In this document: piece after piece, positions 1 to 8,529 of the stretch
Layout of the letters: every line of letters begins with the position of its first letter
Numbering within the stretch: the stretch's first letter is position 1
From: Candidatus Eremiobacteria bacterium
Lineage (GTDB): Bacteria > Vulcanimicrobiota > Vulcanimicrobiia > Vulcanimicrobiales > Vulcanimicrobiaceae
Direction of reading: 5' to 3'
Assembly (NCBI GenBank): GCA_025451135.1
Contig: JANWKW010000088.1
Coordinates: forward strand, 1 to 42,481
Length of the DNA stretch: 42,481 bases
Notes under the pieces: model-generated
Told to the model about the DNA's origin: nothing
Databases searched by the model: none
Seen by the model: the letters and a program-made list of their open reading frames with translations, nothing else
Made by a program: the position numbers and the translations under genes

Positions 1-630
1 AGCCGAGTGGAGCGGGCGGTCCGCGACGGCGGTTTTCCGATCGTGCTCGGAGGCGATCACTCGATCGCGATGGGCACGCTTGCCGGATTGGCGCGCGCGC
101 GCGGCTACGCGCCCGGATTGGTCTGGATCGACGCGCACAGCGACATCAACTCACCGGACACCTCGCCCAGCGGGAACGTCCACGGCATGCCGCTCTGGTT
201 CGCGCTCGAGCACGGCCTGGCGGACCCGGCGCGCACCGTGCAGATCGGTCTGCGCGACGTCGACGCGCACGAGAAGGCGATCCTGCGGAAGTCGGGCGTG
301 CGCGCCTTCTCGATGACCGACGTCGACCGGCGGGGCATGCCGCGCGTGATGGAAGAGGCGATCGCGATCGCGGGGGCGGGCGACCGGCAGATGCACGTCT
401 CGTTCGATATGGACGGTATCGACCCGAGCGAAGCCCCCGGCACCGGCACGCCGGTCAAGGGCGGGCTTTCGTACCGCGAAGCGCACCTCGCGATGGAGAT
501 GCTGGCCGAGTCGGGCCGGCTCGGTTCGATCGAGATGGTCGAGATCAATCCGATCCTGGACCATCGCAATCAGACCGCGGCGCTGGCCGTCGGCCTGATC
601 TGCTCGGGTCTCGGGAAATCGATCCTCTAG
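1..630 (+). CDS. rocF: Arginase-family ureohydrolase, 5'-truncated by the window edge
   Basis: Frame 1 is open from base 1. Motifs [18 protein letters not shown] and SFDMDGIDP are the Mn-ligand signatures of arginases. Stop TAG at 628-630. Confidence 0.85.
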   Translation, partial: SRVERAVRDGGFPIVLGGDHSIAMGTLAGLARARGYAPGLVWIDAHSDINSPDTSPSGNVHGMPLWFALEHGLADPARTVQIGLRDVDAHEKAILRKSGVRAFSMTDVDRRGMPRVMEEAIAIAGAGDRQMHVSFDMDGIDPSEAPGTGTPVKGGLSYREAHLAMEMLAESGRLGSIEMVEINPILDHRNQTAALAVGLICSGLGKSIL

Positions 631-656
631 CGGCGACGTCGCTGACGCTCGCCTAC

Positions 657-1229
657 GTGCGGGCGTACGGACTGCGCGCGCCCGGCGCGATGCTGTCGCT
701 GGCGGCGACCGTCGCCGACGCCGATCCCGACGTGCTGGCGGTCTGCGAGATCGACGCCGGCGACGCGTTCGCGCTGGCGACGCGAGTCGCTCGCGAATGG
801 GCCTACCGCGGCGGACAGGCGCTCTTCTGGACGCGCGCGTTCGCTGCCGCCGCCGTGCGCGATCTGTATCTGCCGTTCGCGATCGGCCGGCCGTTCGACC
901 GGCGGGGCTTGCTGCGCGTCGACGGCGCCGTCGAGGGCGCGCCCGCCGCGCTGTTCGCGACCCAGTTCGGCGCGGAACGCGCGTTCGCCGTGCCGGAGAT
1001 GCGGTACGCGCGCACGCAACTGCACGCGAGCACCGGGAACGCGATCGCGTTCGCGCAGATGGACGCGGCGACGCCGGGATTGGGAGGACGCGGCGTCGCC
1101 CTGCTCGGCGAGGAGCCGGAGGCGGGGATCTACGTCTACGCGCGCGGGTTCGTGGCGACGGCCGTCGAGCGACGGCCTTACAGTTTGATCGTGGCGGCCG
1201 CTTCGCACGGGATCCCGCCGCCGCAGTAG
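657..1229 (+). CDS. Hypothetical protein, weakly reminiscent of a short endonuclease/exonuclease/phosphatase (EEP) fold
   Basis: GTG start 26 nt after the arginase stop. Strong G/C preference at third codon positions. Motifs such as DVLAVCEID and IYVYARGF loosely resemble EEP motifs. The 3' end overlaps the convergent gene by 52 nt. Confidence 0.4.
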   Translation: MRAYGLRAPGAMLSLAATVADADPDVLAVCEIDAGDAFALATRVAREWAYRGGQALFWTRAFAAAAVRDLYLPFAIGRPFDRRGLLRVDGAVEGAPAALFATQFGAERAFAVPEMRYARTQLHASTGNAIAFAQMDAATPGLGGRGVALLGEEPEAGIYVYARGFVATAVERRPYSLIVAAASHGIPPPQ

Positions 1230-1882
1230 GCCGGGTCCCAGTTCGCGGCCGCGAGCAGCGTCTGGATCTGGCCTTCGAGCGCTTTGTCGAGCGGCGGATC
1301 GAAGCGGACGCTCTTGGTGCGGCCGTTATCGCTGACGACCACCACGATGGTCACGTGCACGTTGAGGGCGACCAGCTGCTGGCGCGCGCCCGGATCGAGC
1401 ACCGGCGTCGGTTCGGCCGCGCCGAACGGCATGTAGCCGCCCGCGACGTGCCGGTTGGTCGCGCTCGCGACCTCACGGGCATCGGCGCTGGCGGTCGTCT
1501 GCGGCGAGGGCTGGGGCGGTCGGGGCGGCGCGGTCTGGCTCTCCTTGGCGAGGGTCTGGGCGGTCGACTGGAGGCTGGCGGCCGGCGGCGCCGGCGGAGG
1601 CGGCGAATTGTGCGCGTCCGGCTTGCGCTTGGCGACGGGCGCGGGGGTTGCCGGGACCTTGGGCTCGCGGACCGTCTTGGTCTTGGCCGGCGGCCGGCTC
1701 GAGGCGGCGACCGCTCGGTGCTCGATCTCGATGCGTTTGATCTTGGAGAACGAGATCGTCTCGACCGGGACCAAGGCGGCGACGTGGGAGAACGGCGGGA
1801 GCAGATAGGCCCCGAACGCATGCAGCAGCAGGGAGCCCAGCAGGGCCGCCCCGAGCAGATTCCGCGCGGTCAGATTGCCCAT
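1178..1882 (-). CDS. TonB-like protein: N-terminal TM anchor, Pro/Ala-rich linker, small C-terminal domain
   Basis: ATG at 1882 (MGNLTARNLLGAALLGSLLL, a TM helix) is preceded by GAGGA. A long PPPPAPPA / PRPPQPSP linker is followed by a roughly 80-aa C-terminal domain. This architecture is typical of TonB-family energy transducers. Confidence 0.5.
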   Translation of the reverse strand: MGNLTARNLLGAALLGSLLLHAFGAYLLPPFSHVAALVPVETISFSKIKRIEIEHRAVAASSRPPAKTKTVREPKVPATPAPVAKRKPDAHNSPPPPAPPAASLQSTAQTLAKESQTAPPRPPQPSPQTTASADAREVASATNRHVAGGYMPFGAAEPTPVLDPGARQQLVALNVHVTIVVVVSDNGRTKSVRFDPPLDKALEGQIQTLLAAANWDPAYCGGGIPCEAAATIKL

Positions 1883-1970
1883 TCGTTCCTCAGTGGCTTG
1901 ACAGCGCTCCGAGGGGCGGCCTCGTGACCGGTGCAACCGCCTCGCCCGGGGGTACGTTCAAGCCGTTGAT

Positions 1971-2216
1971 ATGAAAGACACGAATATCGTTCTCTACCAG
2001 GCCGAGTGGTGCCCGTATTGCGCCCACGTCCGGACCAAATTGACCGACCTGCTGCTCAGCTACAAGACGGTCAACGTCCCCCAGAGCCACGCCGACCGCC
2101 ATATCGTCAAGGAAGTCTCCGGCCAGACCGGCATCCCGGTCATGGTCGACGGCGACACCATCATCGCCGACGACGACGACGCGATCATCGCCTATCTCGA
2201 GAAGACCTACGCATAG
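1971..2216 (+). CDS. Glutaredoxin-like small thiol-disulfide oxidoreductase
   Basis: 81 aa with a WCPYC active site and a GIPVMVDG motif (cis-Pro loop), indicating a glutaredoxin/NrdH-type fold. Confidence 0.85.
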   Translation: MKDTNIVLYQAEWCPYCAHVRTKLTDLLLSYKTVNVPQSHADRHIVKEVSGQTGIPVMVDGDTIIADDDDAIIAYLEKTYA

Positions 2217-2221
2217 GCAGC

Positions 2222-2246
2222 AGGCGCGAAGCGCCTTTCCTTTCGT
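2222..2246 (+). terminator. Rho-independent terminator candidate for the glutaredoxin gene
   Basis: AGGCGC-GAA-GCGCCT perfect 6-bp stem (2222-2236) followed by the T-rich run TTTCCTTTCGT. It starts 6 nt after the stop codon. Confidence 0.5.
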
Positions 2247-2281
2247 GTCATCCCGAGCTTAGCGAAGCGTAGTCGAGGGAC
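2247..2281 (+). repeat. 35-bp short interspersed repeat, copy A (GTCATCCCGAGCTTAGCGAAGCGTAGTCGAGGGAC)
   Basis: 30/35 identical to the minus-strand sequence at 18675-18641. It has an internal 3x nnAGC pentamer core flanked by CCCGAG...TCGAGGG. It lies in a convergent intergenic spacer. Confidence 0.7.
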
Positions 2282-2293
2282 GTACGCCACCGC

Positions 2294-2893
2294 CTAGGCG
2301 TTGAGTTTGCCGACCTCGGCGCCCCAGGCGTGCCAGCCGGGGATACGCTTGCGGGCGAAGAGTTCGATGCGCGGGCGATCGCCGCACAGGGCTTCGATCA
2401 TCGCGCGGAAGATCTCGGGCTTCTCGCTGTGCTCGCCGCGGCCGTGCAGCACGACTTGCGCCTGCGCGAGATCGTGGATCGGAAACGGCCGGCCGGTGCG
2501 GTTGGTCGTCGCGACCAGGAGCAGTTCGCTGGTCGGCTTGGTGAAGGTCGGCGGCACGCCTTGCCCCGCGATGATCGCGCCGCGTTTGTTCGTCTTCACC
2601 CACACATAGGCGACCCCGCGATAGTGCAGCCCCCACTTCGCGATCAGGTCGATCGCGTAGTGCAGGCGCGGGCCGGTGGCCCACATGAAGACCGCGGCGC
2701 GTTTGCTCAGGATGCTCTTGACGTCGAGTTCGGCCAGCTGCTGCTGCGTCATCAACGGATAATGCTTCGCGGCGGCCGCATCCTTGACGCCGCTCCCATA
2801 GTAATGCCAGGGCGGATCGACGTAGACGATATCGTATCGCGCTGTCGGAAACGCGGGCAGCGAACCGTGGGCTTCGGCGAGGCGACGCTTCAC
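2294..2893 (-). CDS. MT-A70 family N6-adenine methyltransferase
   Basis: The GTG at 2893 overlaps the upstream stop (GTGA). Motifs include YDIVYVDPPWHY (DPPW catalytic motif), FMWAT, WGLHYRG, HSEKPE and ELFARKRIPGWHAWG. This is the canonical MT-A70 motif order. Confidence 0.8.
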   Translation of the reverse strand: MKRRLAEAHGSLPAFPTARYDIVYVDPPWHYYGSGVKDAAAAKHYPLMTQQQLAELDVKSILSKRAAVFMWATGPRLHYAIDLIAKWGLHYRGVAYVWVKTNKRGAIIAGQGVPPTFTKPTSELLLVATTNRTGRPFPIHDLAQAQVVLHGRGEHSEKPEIFRAMIEALCGDRPRIELFARKRIPGWHAWGAEVGKLNA

Positions 2894-3609
2894 GGTCGCA
2901 GTGTTGGCACGTACGACGCGAGCAGTCCTGCGACGAGCGCGCCCGTCAGCGTGGCGGCGAGGTTGACGGTGTCGTTGCCGAACCAGGCGAGGCCGCGGCG
3001 CGCGACGGTCGGGGTGCCGCACGCGTGCGGATCGGTCTCGCAGTCGCGCGCGCATGCCGGGCAGCGCCGCAGCGATTGCAGACTCGCGCCGAAGATCGAA
3101 TCGACCAGCGCGCCGGCGACGCCACCGATCGCGACCGGTACGACCGCGGCGATGCCGAGCAGCGCGGCGACGAGGGCGACGATCGCCGCACCGGCGATCT
3201 CGGCGAGCGTCCCCGCGATCGTCACGCCGCCGGAGAGCCCGGTCGCGAGCGGTTTGAACGTCAGGATCGAACGCGGCGCTTGCCGTGCAAGCGTACCGAT
3301 CTCGGTGCCCCACGTGTCGGCGCTCGCCGCTGCGAAGGCACCGGCGAACGCGGCGAGCCACGCGCCGCCGAGGCGCCAGGCGAGGATCGCGCAGATCGCG
3401 GCGACGCCCCCGTTGGCCAGCACTTGCCAGGCGTCGCGCGCGCCGTGCTTGCCGACGTCGACCAGGCCGCGCTTGCGGGCGCGGCCGAGGCGTGAGAGCG
3501 CGACCGACGGGACGAAGAACGCGAACAGGACGAGAGCGGCTGGCCAGCCGCCGCCGAGGAGCGTCGCGATGCCGACGACGAGCGCGGCGAGGATGCCGCC
3601 CGGTGTCAG
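2890..3609 (-). CDS. DUF92 / TMEM19-family integral membrane protein (the family of plant VTE6 phytyl-phosphate kinase); start uncertain
   Basis: Polytopic membrane protein with ADTWGTEIG, a CPAC...C...HACG Cys cluster and a NDTVN motif. There is no ATG/GTG/TTG near the conserved N-terminus (ILTPGGILAALVVG). A CTG at 3609-3607 overlaps the hemD stop as CTGA. The next canonical start is a GTG at 3423. Confidence 0.65.
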   Translation of the reverse strand: MTPGGILAALVVGIATLLGGGWPAALVLFAFFVPSVALSRLGRARKRGLVDVGKHGARDAWQVLANGGVAAICAILAWRLGGAWLAAFAGAFAAASADTWGTEIGTLARQAPRSILTFKPLATGLSGGVTIAGTLAEIAGAAIVALVAALLGIAAVVPVAIGGVAGALVDSIFGASLQSLRRCPACARDCETDPHACGTPTVARRGLAWFGNDTVNLAATLTGALVAGLLASYVPTLRP

Positions 3610-4367
3610 GATCGCGCGGATGCGTAGAACTCCGCGAGTGCCTTCGCGAGCCCGTCCGACGTGAAATCGGTCGCGACCGTATCGACGTGGATGCCGGCCT
3701 CGGCAGCGCCTTTGGCCACGATCGGCCCGAGGCACGCGACGACCTTGCCGTCGGCGTTGCCGCCGTTCTTGACGAAGCCGCGGATCGCCGACGACGACGC
3801 GAACGTGATCGCGTCGGCCCGGTCGATCGCCGTGCGGAGTTCCGGCGCGACCCGCAGGCGCGTCTCGTAGGCCGAGCGCACGGTCACATCGTGGGTCGCC
3901 TCGAGCGCCTCGCGCAGCGCCTTGCGCGCGTCTTTGGCCTGATAGAGCAGGATGCGGTCGCCGTCCGCGGTCGCGTCGAGCAGCGCCTTGGCGAAATCTT
4001 CCGAGGTGGCGCGGTCGCAGACCAGATCGGGCTCGAGGCCGCGCTTGCGCACGGCGGCCGCCGTCGCCGGCCCGATCGTCGCGATCTTGCACTCGCCGAT
4101 GTCGCGGGCGTCGCGGCCGCTGGCGGCCAGCGACGCGAGCAGGCTCTCGACCGCGTTGGCGGAGGTCAGCGCGATCCAGGCGTGGCGCGAGAGGTCGCGC
4201 GCGATCCCGACGTCGATGACCGGCACGATCTCGATGGTCGGCACCACGATCGGGTCGGCGCCGCGCGCGGCGAGCGCGTCGGCCAACGCGCGCGCCAGAT
4301 GTCGCGGACGCGTTATCAGCACGGATATGCCGGTGAGGGGAAGGGCGCTCTGCGGTTTACTCTTCAA
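3606..4367 (-). CDS. hemD: Uroporphyrinogen-III synthase
   Basis: 253 aa with SVLITRPRH, IALTSANAVE and ITFASSSAIRGF motifs. The TTG start overlaps the hemA 3' end by 11 nt. Confidence 0.85.
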   Translation of the reverse strand: MKSKPQSALPLTGISVLITRPRHLARALADALAARGADPIVVPTIEIVPVIDVGIARDLSRHAWIALTSANAVESLLASLAASGRDARDIGECKIATIGPATAAAVRKRGLEPDLVCDRATSEDFAKALLDATADGDRILLYQAKDARKALREALEATHDVTVRSAYETRLRVAPELRTAIDRADAITFASSSAIRGFVKNGGNADGKVVACLGPIVAKGAAEAGIHVDTVATDFTSDGLAKALAEFYASARS

Positions 4368-5688
4368 CGTCGAGACCGGCGAGCTGGGGCAACAGGCCCG
4401 CTACCGCGTCCGCGATATTGAGTTCGAAGAGTTCGTCGAGGACGCGCGCGTGCGAGAGGGCTTCGGCGTGGTTGTGAACGGCTTTCTCCCTGATCCGCGT
4501 GACGGTCGAGTGCAGCAGTCGCGAGACGATCGTCATCGACATCCCGACGATCAGCATCTTCTCGCGTTCGCTCAAGTCCGGACAGCGGTTGAGCAGCCGT
4601 TCGATCTCGGCGTTCCGGATCGCCTCCGCTTTCTGCGTCAGCGATGCGATGACCGGCACGGCCAGGCGCGAACGGTACCAATGTCCGAAGCGCTCGACGA
4701 ACTCGGCGATGATCTCTTCGACCTGCGGGATCGCGGCCCGGCGGCCCTCGATCTTCTCGTCGACGACGTCGCGCAAACCGTCGATGTCGACGAGCGAGAC
4801 GTTGGGGATCTCGGCGATGGCGGGATCGGCGTCGCGCGGAACGGCGATGTCGACCACGAAGAGCGGGCGGTCCGGGCGCGCGCGCATCGCTTCGCCCACG
4901 TTCCGCACGTCGAGCACGAAGTGCGACGCGCCGGTCGAGGTGATCGCGATGTCGGCCGCCGCGAGCGCTTCGGTCAGTCCGGGCATGTCGATCGCGTGGC
5001 CGAAGCCGACCTCGGCGATCAGCTCTTGCGCCCGCCCCATCGTGCGGTTGATGACGACCAGATCGCTCGCGCCTTCGCTGCGCAGGCGCTTGACGGCGAT
5101 GCGACCCATCTTGCCGGCGCCGATCACCACGACCGACTTGCCGTCGAGCGTGCCCAGGCGCGCTTTCGCGAGTTCGATCGCGGCGGTCGAGATCGAGGTG
5201 GACTCGTCGCCGATCGCGGTCTGCGAGCGGGCGGCCTTGCCGGCGTTGAGCGCTTCGCGGAAGAGACGGTGCAGCGTCTTGCCGAGCGAGCCGGCCTTCT
5301 GCGCTTGCACGTAGGCATCTTTGACCTGGCCGAGGATCTCGGCCTCGCCGATCAGCATCGAATCGAGCCCGGTGCTGACGCGGAAGAGATGCTCGATGGC
5401 CTGATTGCCGAGCAACGTATAGAGATAGTCGTCGAGCGGATAGTCGACCGACCCGTGACGGAAGTTGTTCAGGAACGATTTGAGCTGGGCGACGCCGCTT
5501 TCGTAGTCCTCGAGTTCCGCGTAGATCTCGAGGCGGCCGCAGGTCGCGAGCATGGCGGCTTCGCGGACGGTCGGATAGTCGCGCAGGGCCGCTAGCGACT
5601 CGCCCATGCGCGAAGGCGGGAACGCATGGCGTTCGCGGACGTCGACCGGCGCGGTGTGGTGGGAGAGCCCGAGGCAGACTAACGGCAC
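4357..5688 (-). CDS. hemA: Glutamyl-tRNA reductase
   Basis: GLSHHTAPVDVRE, active-site TCGRLE, and the GAGKMG NADPH-binding motif. GTG start. Confidence 0.95.
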   Translation of the reverse strand: MPLVCLGLSHHTAPVDVRERHAFPPSRMGESLAALRDYPTVREAAMLATCGRLEIYAELEDYESGVAQLKSFLNNFRHGSVDYPLDDYLYTLLGNQAIEHLFRVSTGLDSMLIGEAEILGQVKDAYVQAQKAGSLGKTLHRLFREALNAGKAARSQTAIGDESTSISTAAIELAKARLGTLDGKSVVVIGAGKMGRIAVKRLRSEGASDLVVINRTMGRAQELIAEVGFGHAIDMPGLTEALAAADIAITSTGASHFVLDVRNVGEAMRARPDRPLFVVDIAVPRDADPAIAEIPNVSLVDIDGLRDVVDEKIEGRRAAIPQVEEIIAEFVERFGHWYRSRLAVPVIASLTQKAEAIRNAEIERLLNRCPDLSEREKMLIVGMSMTIVSRLLHSTVTRIREKAVHNHAEALSHARVLDELFELNIADAVAGLLPQLAGLDVEE

Positions 5689-5698
5689 GTCGACTCTA

Positions 5699-6985
5699 TC
5701 ATAGCGTCGCTAGTACTTCGTCGGCGGCCTCAATTGTCTGCTCGACGTCCTTGACGGTGTGGGCCGTGGAGACGAAGCCGGCTTCGAACTGGGCCGGCGC
5801 CAGGTAGATCCCCCGGTCGAGCATGCCGTGGAAGTACTTCTTGTAGCGCTCGGTATCCGAGGTCATGGCCCCGGTGAGGTCCCGGACCGGCCCGGCCGTG
5901 AAGAACAGGCCGAACATCGAGCCCGCGTAGGCGGTGGTCTGGGCGACCCCGTGCTTGTCGAAGACGGCGGTCAGGCCCTCGGTCAGCAGCTTGGTCAGGA
6001 CTTCCAGCCGCTCGAACAGGGTAGCGTCGTCGCGGATGGCCTTGAGGGTGGCGATTCCGGCCGCCATCGCGAGCGGGTTGCCCGACAGGGTGCCGGCCTG
6101 GTAGACCGGGCCGGCCGGCGAGAGCAGGTCCATCACGTCGGCGCGGCCGCCGAAGGCGCCGACCGGCAGCCCGCCGCCGATCACCTTACCCAGGGTGGTC
6201 AGGTCGGGCAGCACGTTCTCGCGTTCTTGCGCGCCGCCGCGTCCGACCCGGAAGCCGGTCATCACCTCGTCGAAGATCAACAGCGCGCCGTACTGCGTGC
6301 ACAGCTCGCGGAGCGCTTGCAAGTAGCCGGCCTCGGGCAGCACCAGCCCCATATTGCCGGCGTAGGGCTCGACGATGACGGCGGCGATCCGGTCCGGATT
6401 CGCTTCGAACGCGCCGCGCACGGCGGCCGCGTCGTTGTACGGCAGCACGATCGTGTCGCGGGCGACGCCCTCGGGCACGCCGGGCGAGTTGGGCACGCCG
6501 TTCGTCAGCGCGCCCGAGCCGGCCGCGATCAGGAACGCGTCGCCGTGGCCGTGGTAGCAGCCGGCGAACTTGACGATCGCGTCGCGCCCGGTGAACCCGC
6601 GCGCGAGCCGGACCGCGCTCATGGTCGCCTCGGTTCCGCTCGAGGTGAAGCGGACGCGCTCGATGGAGGGCACCATCGCGACGATCAGCTCCGCCAGTTC
6701 GCTCTCCGCCTCGGTCGGGGTCCCGAACGAACTTCCGCGCGCGGCCGCGGCGGTGATCGCCTTGACGACGTCCGGATGCGCGTGCCCGAGGATCAGCGGA
6801 CCCCACGAGAGCACGTAGTCGAGATACTCGCGATCGTCGAGCGAGCGCATGCGCGCGCCGGCGCCGCTCTTCATGAAGACGGGCGAGCCGCCGACGGCGC
6901 GGAATGCGCGGACCGGCGAGTTGACGCCGCCCGCGATGACGTTGCGCGCGCGCGCGAAGGCGGAGATCGAGCGTTCGGTGCTCAT
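5699..6985 (-). CDS. hemL: Glutamate-1-semialdehyde 2,1-aminomutase
   Basis: 428 aa class-III aminotransferase with GGVNSPVRAF, FDEVMTGFR and TLGKVIGGGLP (PLP lysine). AAGGAG lies 12 nt upstream of the ATG. Confidence 0.95.
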   Translation of the reverse strand: MSTERSISAFARARNVIAGGVNSPVRAFRAVGGSPVFMKSGAGARMRSLDDREYLDYVLSWGPLILGHAHPDVVKAITAAAARGSSFGTPTEAESELAELIVAMVPSIERVRFTSSGTEATMSAVRLARGFTGRDAIVKFAGCYHGHGDAFLIAAGSGALTNGVPNSPGVPEGVARDTIVLPYNDAAAVRGAFEANPDRIAAVIVEPYAGNMGLVLPEAGYLQALRELCTQYGALLIFDEVMTGFRVGRGGAQERENVLPDLTTLGKVIGGGLPVGAFGGRADVMDLLSPAGPVYQAGTLSGNPLAMAAGIATLKAIRDDATLFERLEVLTKLLTEGLTAVFDKHGVAQTTAYAGSMFGLFFTAGPVRDLTGAMTSDTERYKKYFHGMLDRGIYLAPAQFEAGFVSTAHTVKDVEQTIEAADEVLATL

Positions 6986-8529
6986 CGGTGTGGGCGGCTC
7001 CTTATGCGAACGCGCGCGCCCAGTCGGCGTGCGTGTTGACGTTGGCGAAACGGTGGGACGGAACGGCGAGGGTCGCGACGCGCAAACCCGCGAGCGCGTC
7101 CCGGACGGCGCCCGTGCCGCGGGTCAGAACGGGAAGGCCGGCGCGTTCGAAGGCCGCGCGATCGTAGAGCGCGCAGAGCGGCTCGACGCCGCGTTCGTGG
7201 ACCGGCACGACGGCGTCGACGTCCGGATGGAAGGCTTCGCGCAGCGCGCGCACGAGGTCGGCGTCGACCTCGGGCAGATCCGCGGCGACGGCGCAGATCA
7301 ACGAGGTGCGGACGGCCGCCAGCGCCGAGAGGATGCCCGCCAGCGGGCCGCGGCGGCTCCAGCGGTCGACCACGATCGGGCAGGCGAGGCGCGCGTCGAT
7401 CGCCGGCGCGAACGTCGCGCTCGCCGAGACGACGACCGGGTAGAAGGGCGCGAAGCGTTCGTACGCTCCGACGATCAAGGGATCGCCGGCATCGGTGCGT
7501 TCGAGCTTCCCGGGCAGCCGCGTCGCTTCGCCGCCCGCCAGCAGGACGACGGTGACGCCGGCCTCCGCGATGCCGCTCGGCATAGGCTTTCGCGAAGTAC
7601 GTGATCACGATGTCGGCGCCGGCGCGCACGAAGCACGCCAGCGTCTCGTCGATCGCGCGATCGCCGTCGATCCAGCCGTTGGCGACGGCGGCCATCAGCA
7701 TCGAGTACTCGCCGCTCACGTTGTAGACCGCGACCGGCACGTCGAACGCGTCCCGCGCCGCGCGCACGATATCGAGATACGGAAGGCCCGGCTTGACCAT
7801 CACGACGTCGGCGCCTTCTTCGATGTCGAGGGCCATCTCGCGCAGGGCCTCGCGCGCGTTGGGCGGGTCCATCTGATAGGTGCGGCGATCGCCGAACGCC
7901 GGCGCGGAACCGGCCGCTTCGCGGAACGGGCCGTAGTAGGCCGAGGCGTACTTCGCGCTGTAGGCCATCAGGGCGACGTGCTCGTGGCCGTGCGCGTCGA
8001 GCGCTGAGCGCAGGGCCTCGATGCGCCCGTCCATCATATCCGAGGGCGCGATCACGTCGACGCCGCAGGCGGCGTAGGTCAGCGCGGTCTTGACCAGCAG
8101 CGCGACCGTCTCGTCGTTCTTCACGTCGCCGTTCTGGTCGACGATGCCGCAGTGGCCGTGATCGGTGTACTCGCAGCAGCACAGGTCGGCGATCACCGTC
8201 GTCCCGGGGATGGCGGTCTTGATCGCGCGGATGGCGCGCTGCACGACGCCGTCCGGCGCGTAGTTGGAACTGCCGACGGCGTCCTTGTGCGCGGGGATGC
8301 CGAACAGGAGCACGGCGTTGATGCCGAGGCCGGCGAGTTCGCGGCACTCCGCGACCGTGTCGTCGACGGTTCGCCGCGCGATGCCCGGCATCGACGCGAT
8401 CGGTCCGGCGTCGCCGTCGCGTTCGACGACGAAGAGCGGCTGGACGAGCTGATCGAGATGGACGCGATGTTCGCGCACGGCGGCGCGTAGTGCGGCGGTC
8501 CGGCGGAGCCGGCGAGGACGGTGGATCAC
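6982..8529 (-). CDS. hemB: Porphobilinogen synthase (ALA dehydratase); conserved part ends near 7585, the ORF as read has no stop until 6982
   Basis: The GTG at 8529 overlaps the hemC stop (GTGA). Motifs include RPRRLR, QPLFVVE, SMPGI, DLCCCEYTDHGHCG (Cys-rich Zn site), MVKPG (active-site Lys) and ITYFAK. After ITYFAKAYAE the frame continues for about 200 Arg-rich codons across mobA. Confidence 0.85.
   Translation of the reverse strand: MIHRPRRLRRTAALRAAVREHRVHLDQLVQPLFVVERDGDAGPIASMPGIARRTVDDTVAECRELAGLGINAVLLFGIPAHKDAVGSSNYAPDGVVQRAIRAIKTAIPGTTVIADLCCCEYTDHGHCGIVDQNGDVKNDETVALLVKTALTYAACGVDVIAPSDMMDGRIEALRSALDAHGHEHVALMAYSAKYASAYYGPFREAAGSAPAFGDRRTYQMDPPNAREALREMALDIEEGADVVMVKPGLPYLDIVRAARDAFDVPVAVYNVSGEYSMLMAAVANGWIDGDRAIDETLACFVRAGADIVITYFAKAYAERHRGGRRHRRPAGGRRSDAAAREARTHRCRRSLDRRSVRTLRALLPGRRLGERDVRAGDRRAPRLPDRGRPLEPPRPAGGHPLGAGGRPHLVDLRRRRGSARGRRRPRARAARSLPSGRRRRRAGPRTRRRAALRALRSRGLRTRRPSRSDPRHGRRPGRARGFARRDPRRSVPPFRQRQHARRLGARVRIRSRPHR
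7002..7583 (-). CDS. mobA: Molybdenum cofactor guanylyltransferase-like (MobA family)
   Basis: VVLLAGGEATRLPGK, GPLAGILSAL, AADLPEVD and EPLCALY motifs. The gene lies entirely inside the open hemB reading frame but in a different frame. Confidence 0.75.
   Translation of the reverse strand: MPSGIAEAGVTVVLLAGGEATRLPGKLERTDAGDPLIVGAYERFAPFYPVVVSASATFAPAIDARLACPIVVDRWSRRGPLAGILSALAAVRTSLICAVAADLPEVDADLVRALREAFHPDVDAVVPVHERGVEPLCALYDRAAFERAGLPVLTRGTGAVRDALAGLRVATLAVPSHRFANVNTHADWARAFA

Noticed and set aside
1898-1903. Perfect TTGACA in the divergent spacer between the TonB-like and glutaredoxin genes.
   Set aside because: No TAnnnT-type -10 element lies 16-19 nt downstream on the plus strand. 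I could not assemble a convincing promoter for either gene.
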